Notes: generated from the sequence alone by a model not told the origin. A stretch of 64,000 nt of DNA from Candidatus Latescibacterota bacterium (GCA_965203355.1 OZ241889.1:352001-416000), one strand, 5' to 3'; counted from the first letter of the stretch, positions 9,168-18,988 are shown. Numbers and translations: made by a program.

Positions 9168-9851
9168 CTAAAAATGAAGCGTGAGTCTCGTCCCCACATT
9201 CTTGGGAGAAACGACCGGATCGACACCAAGCGTAGTTCGGCTGCCGCCAAGCTCAATCAGATGTCCGTAAGAAGAGTGTTGATTTTGCCGATTGATTGTG
9301 TCAGCAGATTTTCCTGCATCGTACATGGCACCTAGCCAACTACCGAAAAAAATAATAAGCCCGGGACCAATTTTCCAATCGTCATCATCAGGATCAACTT
9401 TGGTTTCGGTTATATAACCGAAGTTGTTTGTGTATTCATAATAATTATCCTCAAAACCACTTCTCGCCAGTGCAATACCCAAGATAATTGCGCCGAACAG
9501 AGTCACGCCTTTACGGTACTGCCCATTGTAGAATTGTCCGCTTCCTGGAAGGAAAAGCGACAGACCCATAGCGATATTAGGGTCTTTCTTTTGAACCCCA
9601 ATCTCCCCTCGTCTCCCCATCACAGGTTCCCGGGACATCTTAGCAATCTCGTCCATCGCATAGACGAACACATTCCCATCGCGCGTCTGTATCTTCAGCG
9701 ATTCGCCGACAATCTCCTCAATGATAACTCCGCGAATAAGTCCACCGTTTTTCAAGTGAATGACATCTTCCATTTGCTGCATTTGCTGGGCGAACGCGGG
9801 CGAGGTCATAACAAAAACCGTCAGGCATGTGAAACAAATAAAACGCGGCAT
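9168..9851 (-). CDS. Exported hypothetical protein with a TM2/DUF5683-like motif
   Basis: Signal peptide (AFA-QQ), DVIHLKNGGLIRGVII domain, KKDPNIAMGLSLFLPGSGQFYNGQ. Confidence 0.75.
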   Translation of the reverse strand: MPRFICFTCLTVFVMTSPAFAQQMQQMEDVIHLKNGGLIRGVIIEEIVGESLKIQTRDGNVFVYAMDEIAKMSREPVMGRRGEIGVQKKDPNIAMGLSLFLPGSGQFYNGQYRKGVTLFGAIILGIALARSGFEDNYYEYTNNFGYITETKVDPDDDDWKIGPGLIIFFGSWLGAMYDAGKSADTINRQNQHSSYGHLIELGGSRTTLGVDPVVSPKNVGTRLTLHF

Positions 9852-9891
9852 GTTTTCTCCTATTTGGTCGCGGCAACGTTTTTCGCCAAGA
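9829..9891. repeat. 63-bp direct repeat, copy 1 (5' UTR, RBS and first codons of the 9851 gene)
   Basis: Matches 10442-10504 at 60/63 positions by eye. Confidence 0.9.
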
Positions 9892-9952
9892 ATCCTCTAC
9901 CGTGCCGGTCAGTATCTTCTGCTAGTCGGTACCCGTTGCGCGGACTTTCTAC

Positions 9953-10144
9953 CTATAAATACTGATCGGCAAAGGATCGAGGCGTGAGCACTTTGAGCCG
10001 CTTATAGCCGGGGTACTCAGTGAGAATTTCGGGCGTCACGACGATTTGGACACTGCCGCGCCTCCAAGCATTGAGGATCTGATGCGGTGGACCAGTAAAG
10101 AATACGCCTGATATAAAGACATTCGTGTCCACGACGATCTTCAT
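9953..10144 (-). pseudogene. PIN-domain toxin with an internal in-frame deletion
   Basis: N-terminal MKIVVDTNVFISG...EILTEY joined directly to C-terminal VLTPRSF; central acidic motifs absent; 63 aa. Confidence 0.75.
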
Positions 10145-10404
10145 TTTGCCGCTCGGACCCGGGAAACAGCGGCGGTAACATCTGATCGTTTCATTCCAGC
10201 TTGCTTAGCTTGGCGACGTGCTTTGGCAATCATGCGGTCGAAATCGCGCATGGAGGGAGTCTGGATGGTCTTGAGAATGATGACATCGTCTTCGCCCATG
10301 ACAATGAACCGGGTACCCGACTCCAATCCGAGCTGTTGGCGCAGGGACTCGGGAATGACGACTTGCCCTTTGGAGGACATGCGGGTAGTGGCGACTGATT
10401 CCAT
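10141..10404 (-). CDS. AbrB/MazE/SpoVT family antitoxin
   Basis: TTRMSSKGQVVIPESLRQQLGL; AGGAGG RBS; overlaps the PIN gene start. Confidence 0.9.
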   Translation of the reverse strand: MESVATTRMSSKGQVVIPESLRQQLGLESGTRFIVMGEDDVIILKTIQTPSMRDFDRMIAKARRQAKQAGMKRSDVTAAVSRVRAAK

Positions 10405-10441
10405 AAAGCCTCCTTTTATAATAAACTGGTAAAAAATAAAG

Positions 10442-10504
10442 GTGAAACCAATAAAACGCGGCATGTTTTCTCTTATTTGGTCGCGGCAAAGTTTTTCGCC
10501 AAGA
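10442..10504. repeat. 63-bp direct repeat, copy 2
   Basis: Matches 9829-9891. Confidence 0.9.
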
Positions 10505-10646
10505 TTGGATTATGCGGTTTGTCGGAGACAATACATATTGCACGACAGGCCCTTTGTCAACGAAACGGGCGGCACTTGGTTGACCCAACGCTAACTATGA
10601 CGCTCATTACGGGGCAGACGCACACAGCCTACTAAAGGAGCGATCC

Positions 10647-12404
10647 ATGAGCCATCTAAATCCTCGCGCCATCGCCATTCACACTCCGATGCCACCGCCC
10701 GTTTGGGCACTGATGGAGTGGGAACTGATTCGAGCGCAAACGAGGGGATGCACGGAATTTTTCGCCAAGTACTTCGACGAGCGGGGCTATTTGGAGTGCA
10801 TCCCGCGCTGGGGCGGCAACGACGGGCCGGACGACGCTATCGAGAATCTAGTCCACTGGCCGGTGCTCTATGTGCTGGGTGGTGGCCCCCATCTGTACGA
10901 TATGTGCCAGTTGGCTTGGGAGGGGCATCTCAAGCAGTACACCGAGGCTAAGACCACGGAAGTGCCCTTTGCTCGGGACGGTATGTACTATCGCGAATTT
11001 CCAGTGATGTTCGACTGGGTGCATAACGGAGAAGGGCTGACGACGTTCAACCTGCACGGATTGATGAATCCACGCGAGCGAGCCTTTGAGCAGCGGGTGC
11101 GGCGCTACGCCGGATTTTACATGGGCGACGACCCACAAGCGCCCAACTACGATCCCGCACGCAAAATCATCAAGAGCCTGTTCAACGGCAGCCGCGGGCC
11201 CCTGCTGCGCCAGGCCACAGCACTCGACTGGGCCGGCGATCCACTCGACGAGGTGCAGGAACGCTTCATTCCCCTGCACGGAGAGCGCAACTTCGAGGAG
11301 ATGCTGGCTCATTTCAAAGACTACACCGACATCGTCGGCGACCATCCCCAAAACATGGTGGCGACGGCCTTGGGGCTGAACGCGTACGCGCTGACGGGCG
11401 AAGACCAGTACAAGAACTGGGTGCTCGAATACGTCGAAGCCTGGCGGCAGCGCACCCTCGCCAACGACGGGATCATCCCGACCAATATCGGACTCGATGG
11501 GACCATCGGCGGCGAGTGCGACGGCAAGTGGTACGGGGGGTGTTACGGCTGGGCCTTTACCGTCGAAGTGCCCCAGACCGGAGCAAGGGCCAGCCGCAAC
11601 ACGCACGGGCTGGGGATTTCGGGTTTTGGCAACGCGCTGTTGCTGTCGGGCGAGCAGAAATTCGTCGATGTGTGGCGGCAGATGATCGACACAATCAACG
11701 CCAACGGCAAAGAAGTCAACGGGCAAATGATGTACCCGCATATGCACGGAGACGCCGGCTGGTACGAGTTCCGGCCAGCAAAGTACGCGCACGGAGCACA
11801 AGAGGTGTACTACTGGTCGATGGACCGGGCCGACCTGAATCGGCTGAACGCCGACAGCGGCTGGTTCGGCTTTTTGGATGGACGCGACTCCACCTACCCA
11901 GAAGCGGCACTACAGGCCGACTTTGCCCGCCTCCGCACGCAAATGGAAAAGGTGCGCCGCGACCCGACAACGCCGGACACCCGGCTGTCGGACAATCCCA
12001 ATCCATTCAACCCGGCCATTCCGGGCGGACTGACTCAACTCATGTTAGGCGGGCTGACGCCGCGCCACGGCTCGCCGCTGCACTGCCGAGTGCGCTACTT
12101 CGATCCACAGGCTGGGCGCGCCGGGATGCCCGAGGGCGTGGGGGCGTTGGTGGAGCGACTAGGCGCGGACTTCATGACCCTAACGCTGGTAAATACAGAC
12201 CCAGTGGCCGGGCGCGAAGTAATCGCACAAGGCGGAGCCTATGCCGAGCACCAGTTTACGAGTGTGCGCGTGGGGGGAAAGGAAACCGCGATAGATGATT
12301 CGGCTTTTGCCGTGGAGCTAGCGCCGGGAGCCGGGGCGACGTTGGAGATCGGAATGCAGCGCTATGCCAATAGGCCGACGTTTGCGTTCCCGTGGGATCG
12401 GTAA
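10647..12404 (+). CDS. Hypothetical protein, Trp/Tyr/Asp-rich, possible alpha/alpha-toroid enzyme
   Basis: 585-aa ORF with AAAGGAG RBS; no family confidently recognised. Confidence 0.75.
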   Translation: MSHLNPRAIAIHTPMPPPVWALMEWELIRAQTRGCTEFFAKYFDERGYLECIPRWGGNDGPDDAIENLVHWPVLYVLGGGPHLYDMCQLAWEGHLKQYTEAKTTEVPFARDGMYYREFPVMFDWVHNGEGLTTFNLHGLMNPRERAFEQRVRRYAGFYMGDDPQAPNYDPARKIIKSLFNGSRGPLLRQATALDWAGDPLDEVQERFIPLHGERNFEEMLAHFKDYTDIVGDHPQNMVATALGLNAYALTGEDQYKNWVLEYVEAWRQRTLANDGIIPTNIGLDGTIGGECDGKWYGGCYGWAFTVEVPQTGARASRNTHGLGISGFGNALLLSGEQKFVDVWRQMIDTINANGKEVNGQMMYPHMHGDAGWYEFRPAKYAHGAQEVYYWSMDRADLNRLNADSGWFGFLDGRDSTYPEAALQADFARLRTQMEKVRRDPTTPDTRLSDNPNPFNPAIPGGLTQLMLGGLTPRHGSPLHCRVRYFDPQAGRAGMPEGVGALVERLGADFMTLTLVNTDPVAGREVIAQGGAYAEHQFTSVRVGGKETAIDDSAFAVELAPGAGATLEIGMQRYANRPTFAFPWDR

Positions 12405-12514
12405 CAGCCTCGGGAGCGATTCTCTCAACAGGAAAGGCCAGCGAAAATGGGGGTGTTTCGCGCACGAGCACTCGACGACAATCCCTATCAGGGCGCAGGT
12501 CGGCTACGACCGTT

Positions 12515-14242
12515 CTATCGTGCGCGTTCGACCTGCACCCCAATGATGTCTAGGTCGTGGTATTTCTGGTGCCGCACCGCAGAGGCGTAGTGCCGCAACA
12601 GACGAAACGAGACCTCGCTTTCGTCTATTATCTCGGGCTGTTCGCTCAGATACGCCAGGCGGTCTTCGAGATTTTCCCCGGCGGCAGTCGCCAAAAACTC
12701 CAGTTCCACCGTTCCTTCGGCGGGCCGGGCGGTGAGGATCAAATGCCGCCTGTCGCTTGCATCGTCTTCTGCTTGTTGCGTCAGAATCGCCAAAGTCTCT
12801 TCCCCGGCGGCGCGGAGCCGCTTAGTCGCCGGACCGTCCCAGCCGACGCGCACGGCAAATTCGCCGAGGAACTCGTCGATCTTGGGCAGCGAGGCCGCGG
12901 CTAACTCGACCTCCAGACGTCGGCGGCGCGGAGCCGTCAGCTCCATGAATGCAGTCAGCACAATCGCCGTAAGACAACCAGCGGTCATGCCGTTGCCGAG
13001 CAAGGTGCCCCACGTCCCGCCCAGCATATCGGCGAAGATCACCTGATTCTGAAAGCCTACGCCAAGCCAAAACGACAGCCCCACCACCGCGGCCTTGCGG
13101 TGATCGAGGCCACTCTCGACGACCAACTTCATGCCCTGAACGAAAAGCAGACCGATTAGCAAGGTTACATAGGCCGCCCCCACGGGATTGGGAATGGCGA
13201 TCAGGAGAGCCGTCACCTTGGGCGATAAGGACAGCACCGCAAAGATGCCCCCCACATACACCCCAACGCGCCGTGCGGCAACGCCGGTGAGTTCAGCGAG
13301 CGATATACTGGTTGAGTAGGTCGTATTGGGGGGCGTCCCAATCAAACCCGACAACAGGTTGCCCATTCCATCGGCATTGAGAGCGCCTTGGACCAGGCGA
13401 AAATCAGTTGCTCGGGGCTGACGCCGCGAGACCCGTTGGATGGCAACGCCGTCGCCAATGGTTTCAATCGCGCCCACCAGAGTAACGAGCACAAACGCCG
13501 GCAGCAAGGCCCAGAATTCTGCACTGAACGTCAGGTCCAATCCCGGCCACGTGCCGTCGGGAAAACCGATCCAAGGGGCTGCGATTACGGGCTGCATGTC
13601 GTACAGTCCGAAGAGAGCAGCCACCACACAGCCCACCACGATGCCGATGAGTGGTGCCCACAGTCGCCAAGTCACGGGAGCGCGCAAAGCCAACACCACG
13701 AGGACCACGAGCGTCGCCCCAGCCGCAGTCGGGGCCGCCGCAGGCGGCGTGCCGTCGGGCACATCCGTGAGCAAGCCGAAAACGATGGGCATGACCGTGA
13801 CGGCGATCAACATAATCACCGTGCCGGCGACAGTCGGTGTGAGAATCCGGCGCAACAGCGAAAGCCGCGCAGCTAAGGCAAATTGGAACAGCGACGCAAC
13901 GACGATCAAGCTCGCCATCAGAGAGGGACCGCCCTTCACCAGTGCCGTGATGCAGACCGCAATGAAGGCACCGGAGGTGCCCATGATGAGCACGTGCCCG
14001 GCCCCGATTCGCCCGACCCGGACCGCTTGCAGAATCGTGCTCACGCCACTGATTAGCAGCGCCGCGAAGGCAATCCAATTTAGATAGCTCTCCGGCTGGT
14101 TGGCCGCCCGGCCAATAATAATCGCGCTGAGCACCACCGGCGCGATGATGACCACCGCAGCCTGAAAGCCGACTCCAGCGGCGACAGAATGGGGGGGGCG
14201 CTCGTCCGGCTCGTAGCGGACGTTTTCATTTGCTTGTGCCAT
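12515..14242 (-). CDS. NCS2 (xanthine/uracil permease) family transporter with a C-terminal cytoplasmic extension
   Basis: GFQ in TM1, LVGAIETIGD, GALNADG, PNTTYSTS NAT-like signature; ~135-aa soluble tail. Confidence 0.85.
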   Translation of the reverse strand: MAQANENVRYEPDERPPHSVAAGVGFQAAVVIIAPVVLSAIIIGRAANQPESYLNWIAFAALLISGVSTILQAVRVGRIGAGHVLIMGTSGAFIAVCITALVKGGPSLMASLIVVASLFQFALAARLSLLRRILTPTVAGTVIMLIAVTVMPIVFGLLTDVPDGTPPAAAPTAAGATLVVLVVLALRAPVTWRLWAPLIGIVVGCVVAALFGLYDMQPVIAAPWIGFPDGTWPGLDLTFSAEFWALLPAFVLVTLVGAIETIGDGVAIQRVSRRQPRATDFRLVQGALNADGMGNLLSGLIGTPPNTTYSTSISLAELTGVAARRVGVYVGGIFAVLSLSPKVTALLIAIPNPVGAAYVTLLIGLLFVQGMKLVVESGLDHRKAAVVGLSFWLGVGFQNQVIFADMLGGTWGTLLGNGMTAGCLTAIVLTAFMELTAPRRRRLEVELAAASLPKIDEFLGEFAVRVGWDGPATKRLRAAGEETLAILTQQAEDDASDRRHLILTARPAEGTVELEFLATAAGENLEDRLAYLSEQPEIIDESEVSFRLLRHYASAVRHQKYHDLDIIGVQVERAR

Positions 14243-14324
14243 GACTCACTCTTTCAATCAGGTTGCACTACAAAATCCGCGAAATCTACATCGTTGCTTG
14301 GGGAAATATGCGACGATTGGCCAA

Positions 14325-14504
14325 CTAGTGCAAAAATCGACGCGACGCGCTTTCTGAAACGTCGTCGCCCGACAGCCAGCGCTTTTCTAGCTTGAGTTCT
14401 GCCAAATAATCCAGAATCATGCCGCCGAGGCTAGGGTTTTGCTCCACTAGCTCCGTAAGCTCTTCCGGGGTCACATCCCATCTGTCGAGAATCGTTTCGG
14501 GCAT
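14325..14504 (-). pseudogene. Fragment resembling the N-terminus of a restriction endonuclease
   Basis: ILDRWDVTPEELTELVEQNPSLGGMILDYLAELKL followed by an early stop; family recalled from memory only. Confidence 0.4.
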
Positions 14505-14604
14505 ATTATCGCCTCTCAAGCCTTCTATATAATGAATTTGCGGGCCTCAATGGCTCGGCCCTGTAGGTCGGCCAGTGCTGGGTCAAAGCGGTGTTTTTTC
14601 TCGC

Positions 14605-15939
14605 TCAATATCCCAATTCCCGCTCCATTTCTCCAACCACATCCGCGATCACCTGTGCGACTTCCTCGACTTGCTCTTCGCTGATGGTAAAGGGCGGGCT
14701 GATGGCAATGTGATCGCCGCTGACGCCGTCGATCAAGCCGGGCGATCCGGGCATGATGAGCACACCTTTGGCAAAGGCGCGGTTGACGATCGCGGCCGCC
14801 ACGCCCTGCGTGGGATCAAAGGGCGTACCGGTCGCCTTGTCCTTGACAAACTCGACGCCGGTAAGCAGGCCCTTGCCGCGCACCGCGCTGACTAGGGGCG
14901 AGTCCATTAAGGGCTGCATCTTCTCCAGCATCAGGTCGCCCATCTGCGCACAGCGAGAAACCAAATCGTGGTCTTGGATGTAGTTCTGCACGGCCAAGGC
15001 AATGGCGCAAGAGAGTGGATTGCCGCCGTACGTGTGGCCGTGAACGTAGTGGTTTTGCTTTTTGTAGATCCCGTCGTAGATCGCGTCGCGGACCAAGGTG
15101 GCAGCAATAGGCGTGTACCCACTGCTGAGGCCCTTGCCAGTAGCCATGATGTCTGGGATGGCGTCCCAGTGCTCAATCCCGAAGTTGAGTCCCGTGCGTC
15201 CGTAGCCCGTGACCACTTCGTCGATGATCATCAAGACGCTGTAGCGGTCGCAGATCGCGCGGATGGTGGGGAAGTAGTCGGGCGGTGGCATCAGGCCGCA
15301 GCAAGAAGTGCCCGAGATCGGCTCGGCAATAAAGGCGGAGATGTACTCGCTGCCCTCTTGTTTGATGACCCGTTCCAGATCTTCGGCGCAGGCCAGCGTA
15401 CAGGCGGGCCGGTCTTGGCAGTACGGGCAGTTCGCCGGGCGGGGAAAGGCGATGTGCGGGAAGTCGAGCAAATAAGGCACGTAGTCCTCGCGCCAAGTGG
15501 AGCGACCCGACATGGAAAGCGCGCCAATGGTATTGCCGTGCCAGCTCTGCCAGCGGGTGATGACTTTGTACTTCTTCGGGTTGCCGGTCTCGACGTGGTA
15601 CTTGCGGGCGATCTTGAGCGCGGACTCCGTGGCTTCGGACCCGCCGGAGACGAAGAAGACGCGGTTGAGGTCGCCCGGGGCTAGGGCGGCGATTTTGTCG
15701 GCGAGGTCGATTTGCGGCTGGGTGAGGAAGCGGGCATAGGTAAAGCAAACCTTGTTCGACTGCTCCCGCATGACGTCAGCTATCTCTGGGACGCCGTGGC
15801 CGATGGAAATCACGTGGACGCCAGCGCAGGCATCGAGGTATGCCCGGCCATCTTCGGCGTAAAGGTAGCAGTCTTTGCCGTGGGAAATCTGCGGCCAGTG
15901 GTCGGTAATGACGCGGTGGAAAATGCGGTCCGTGGTCAT
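14605..15939 (-). CDS. Class III PLP-dependent aminotransferase
   Basis: YLDACAG, SGGSEATE, SWHGNT, FIAEP, IIDEVVTGYGRTG, DIMATGKGLSSGY, HGHTYGGNP. Confidence 0.93.
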   Translation of the reverse strand: MTTDRIFHRVITDHWPQISHGKDCYLYAEDGRAYLDACAGVHVISIGHGVPEIADVMREQSNKVCFTYARFLTQPQIDLADKIAALAPGDLNRVFFVSGGSEATESALKIARKYHVETGNPKKYKVITRWQSWHGNTIGALSMSGRSTWREDYVPYLLDFPHIAFPRPANCPYCQDRPACTLACAEDLERVIKQEGSEYISAFIAEPISGTSCCGLMPPPDYFPTIRAICDRYSVLMIIDEVVTGYGRTGLNFGIEHWDAIPDIMATGKGLSSGYTPIAATLVRDAIYDGIYKKQNHYVHGHTYGGNPLSCAIALAVQNYIQDHDLVSRCAQMGDLMLEKMQPLMDSPLVSAVRGKGLLTGVEFVKDKATGTPFDPTQGVAAAIVNRAFAKGVLIMPGSPGLIDGVSGDHIAISPPFTISEEQVEEVAQVIADVVGEMERELGY

Positions 15940-16104
15940 GGATTTGGTCCTTTGGCGGTGGTGGGGACAAGGGCCTGAAGATACGCAGGCCCAAGCGGCC
16001 AGCATAGGGCGCGCCCGGTTTTAGCGGCTGTTCGAGGTGCAACCCGCTCAATATCTCGATATGTTTCCCTTTACCGCTGCAAACGTCAGTGAGATAACAA
16101 ACAG

Positions 16105-18270
16105 GTGAGTTTGCAAAAAAAATGTAGGCGAGTCCTAGCAGCAACGCTGCTATCGGCAGGGACGGCACAAGCGGCGACCCTGAGCGGCTTTGTCTCCGCT
16201 GCCGACAACGGCGAAGCCCTGACCCGCGCCCTGGTCGCAGTCGAAGGATTTCAACTCGGGGCGGTCAGCAACAACAGCGGCTACTACGCGGTCAAACAAG
16301 TACCGGCTGGCACACACGTGATAAGCGCGTCGCACTTAGGCTACCAGACCCGGTGGGACACGCTGCACTTTAGGGCCGATGAGGCCGTGCGGCTCGACGT
16401 GGCCCTGGTGCCCGAGCCAACGGACCTAAGCGCGCCGATTTCGGTGGAGGCCGAGCGCATTCGCCTCCGCGTCAGGCCCGTACAGCAGCTACCCGCCCTC
16501 GGCGAGGCCGACCTCTTGCGCAGCTTGCAGTTACTGCCGGGCATCCAAGCGGTTGCGGACATCAGCAGCGGCTTGTACGTGCGCGGCGGAGACCCCAGCC
16601 AGACGGCCATCCTCCTCAACCAAACTCCGCTGTACAATCCCTCCCACCTGTTCGGCCTCTTCTCAACCTTTAACCCAGACGCCATCAAGGAGGTCGATCT
16701 GTACAAGGGAGCCTACCCCGCTCCGTACGGCCGCACGCTCGGCGCGGTGCTCAACGTGAGCAACCGCGAGGGCAACCGCAAGCGGACGAGCGGGCGCGGC
16801 GGCGTGAGCCTGATTTCAGGCCGTTTGCTCACCGAGGGGCCCGTCGGCCAAGGCTCGTGGATGTTAGCCGGTCGCCGCACCTACTTGGACGGTGTGTTTA
16901 GCGCCCTCCGCGCCCGCGGGGAGGACATCCCCTTGAACTATTACTTCTACGACTTCAACGGCGGCATTAATCAGCGGTGGGGCGAAGACGCCTACGCCGC
17001 AAGCGCGTACCGGGGCCATGACGACCTGCGAATTGAGCTAGAAGACGACGAAGAGTCTTTCGTCGATATGCGCTGGGGCAACCGCGCACTGATGGCGCAC
17101 TGGACGCGCGCGTTCTCACCGGCCCTGTTCGGTCACTTCATGGCCGCGCGCTCAGAATATGAAAGCATCGTCGCGCTCGGTTTCCTCGACGCGCCCGTCC
17201 GCATCGCCAACAGCATCCGCGACCTTTCGCTCAAAGGCCACTTGGATTACTTCGCCAACCGCCATCACGCGCTCTCTTTGGGCTTGTTGGCCACTCTGTT
17301 CGAGTTTCACTTCGCCCGGTCTTTCAACGAGCGGACCCAGCTCGACCTGCGCCAAGAGCCGATGCTGTTGGAAGGCTACGTGCAGGATGAATGGCAGGTC
17401 GGACCGGCCACACAGGTGCAGTTGGGCGGACGGGGAACGTACTTCAGCGCAGGAAATCGCTGGCACTTCACGCCGCGGCTCGCCCTAAGCCAAGCGTTGA
17501 GCGACAAAATCCGCGTCCAAGCGGCCGGCGGGGTATATCGCCAACACCTGCAACTGATCACCACCGAAGCCTTCAGCGGCGGCGATTTCTGGGTGCCGCT
17601 CGACGGCACCGTCGAGCCGGGGCGCTCCTATCAGGCCGTCACCAGCCTCGAGTGGACCCCTGCGCCGCGCTACCAGGTTTCCGTGGCGGCCTATTACACG
17701 GACCTCGCCAACCTCGTGACCGTGGATACCGCACTGCCAGACGACAACGAGGAAACGCATTCGGAAGCGGTATTCAAAAGCGGCGGCACGGGCTGGGCCA
17801 GCGGGATCGAGGTTTTTTTGCAGCAACGCACGGGCGCACTCACCGGGTGGATCGGCTACGCGCTCGCTTGGACGCGGCGCACCTTCCCCGAACTCAACGG
17901 GGGCCAACCCTTTCCCCCCAAGCACGACCGCCGCCACGACTTGTCTTTTATTGCTTCCTACGAGGTGGGCGCATGGCAACTCGGCGCGACCTTGGCGTAC
18001 GCCAGCGGTCAGGCATTTACGCCGCCCTCGGAATCACCCGCCCAGCGCAACAGCGCCCGCCTACAGCCCTATCACCGCCTGGATATCAGTGCCCGCCGAT
18101 CGCTCAGGCTGCGAGGAACCGACAGCGAGTTTTACGTGCAGATATTCAATGTGTATAGCCGCCGCAACGAGTGGTTTTTGCAGCTTGATTCGGTCCATCC
18201 CGAAGTCGATCCGCGCCAGATCAAACAATTGCCCATAGTCCCTACGCTGGGCTTTAACTTCTCTTTTTAA
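16105..18270 (+). CDS. TonB-dependent receptor with N-terminal carboxypeptidase-like domain (paralog 1)
   Basis: [26 protein letters not shown], plug and barrel, C-terminal FNFSF. Confidence 0.88.
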   Translation: MSLQKKCRRVLAATLLSAGTAQAATLSGFVSAADNGEALTRALVAVEGFQLGAVSNNSGYYAVKQVPAGTHVISASHLGYQTRWDTLHFRADEAVRLDVALVPEPTDLSAPISVEAERIRLRVRPVQQLPALGEADLLRSLQLLPGIQAVADISSGLYVRGGDPSQTAILLNQTPLYNPSHLFGLFSTFNPDAIKEVDLYKGAYPAPYGRTLGAVLNVSNREGNRKRTSGRGGVSLISGRLLTEGPVGQGSWMLAGRRTYLDGVFSALRARGEDIPLNYYFYDFNGGINQRWGEDAYAASAYRGHDDLRIELEDDEESFVDMRWGNRALMAHWTRAFSPALFGHFMAARSEYESIVALGFLDAPVRIANSIRDLSLKGHLDYFANRHHALSLGLLATLFEFHFARSFNERTQLDLRQEPMLLEGYVQDEWQVGPATQVQLGGRGTYFSAGNRWHFTPRLALSQALSDKIRVQAAGGVYRQHLQLITTEAFSGGDFWVPLDGTVEPGRSYQAVTSLEWTPAPRYQVSVAAYYTDLANLVTVDTALPDDNEETHSEAVFKSGGTGWASGIEVFLQQRTGALTGWIGYALAWTRRTFPELNGGQPFPPKHDRRHDLSFIASYEVGAWQLGATLAYASGQAFTPPSESPAQRNSARLQPYHRLDISARRSLRLRGTDSEFYVQIFNVYSRRNEWFLQLDSVHPEVDPRQIKQLPIVPTLGFNFSF

Positions 18271-18321
18271 CAGCGAAATCCAAAGTCGGCGCGTCTGCCA
18301 TCCCACTGCACTGAAAGCTCT

Positions 18322-18396
18322 TGTCTAAGTATTGTCTAAATTATGTCTAAAAAATTAGAAGATATTATTGACAAATAATAGACAGATTATCATTAT
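18322..18396 (+). promoter_or_regulatory. Sigma70-type promoter overlapped by 11-bp-phased TnnACA repeats (CarH/LitR-type operator)
   Basis: TGTCTA at 18322, 18333 and 18344; TTGACA at 18368 and TAGACA at 18379; TTGACA-17 nt-CATTAT. Confidence 0.7.
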
Positions 18397-18448
18397 CTAT
18401 GATAACGGACGCCAAAGTGGCTCCAAATTACAATAAGGAGGAAATCGC

Positions 18449-18988
18449 ATGAAGATCACCCGCATTGCCACGCTCATGGCGCTAGCACTTTCGTCTTGGG
18501 GAGGCCCAGCTCAAGCGCAAGATGAGGACATCGTCGATGTCGCCATCGGGGCTGGTGCTTTTAACACGCTGGTCGCCGCGGTTCAGGCCGCCGAGCTCGT
18601 CGATGCGCTCAAGGGCGAAGGCCCTTTCACCGTCTTCGCCCCTACTGACGAAGCATTCGCCGCTTTGCCAGAGGGCACCGTCGAGTCGCTGCTGCTGCCC
18701 GAGAATAGGGAACAGCTAACCTCGATCCTGCTTTATCACGTCGTCGCAGGTTCGGTCTTGGCCGCCGACGTAGTGGAGTTGGATTCGGCTACTACCCTCA
18801 ATGGTGCTTCAATCAATATCAGCGTCGGCGACAGCGGCGTGATGATCAACAACGCCAATGTCGTCCAAGCGGACGTGGCCGCCAGTAATGGCGTAATCCA
18901 CATCATTGATGCGGTGCTCCTGCCGCCTCCACCTGCCACCGCGGTCGAAAGCAGCTCGTGGGGGATGGTCAAGCAGCAGGCGCACTAA
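18449..18988 (+). CDS. Secreted fasciclin (FAS1) domain protein
   Basis: FNTLVAAV...[13 protein letters not shown]...ILLYHVV...[15 protein letters not shown]; AAGGAGG RBS. Confidence 0.95.
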   Translation: MKITRIATLMALALSSWGGPAQAQDEDIVDVAIGAGAFNTLVAAVQAAELVDALKGEGPFTVFAPTDEAFAALPEGTVESLLLPENREQLTSILLYHVVAGSVLAADVVELDSATTLNGASINISVGDSGVMINNANVVQADVAASNGVIHIIDAVLLPPPPATAVESSSWGMVKQQAH

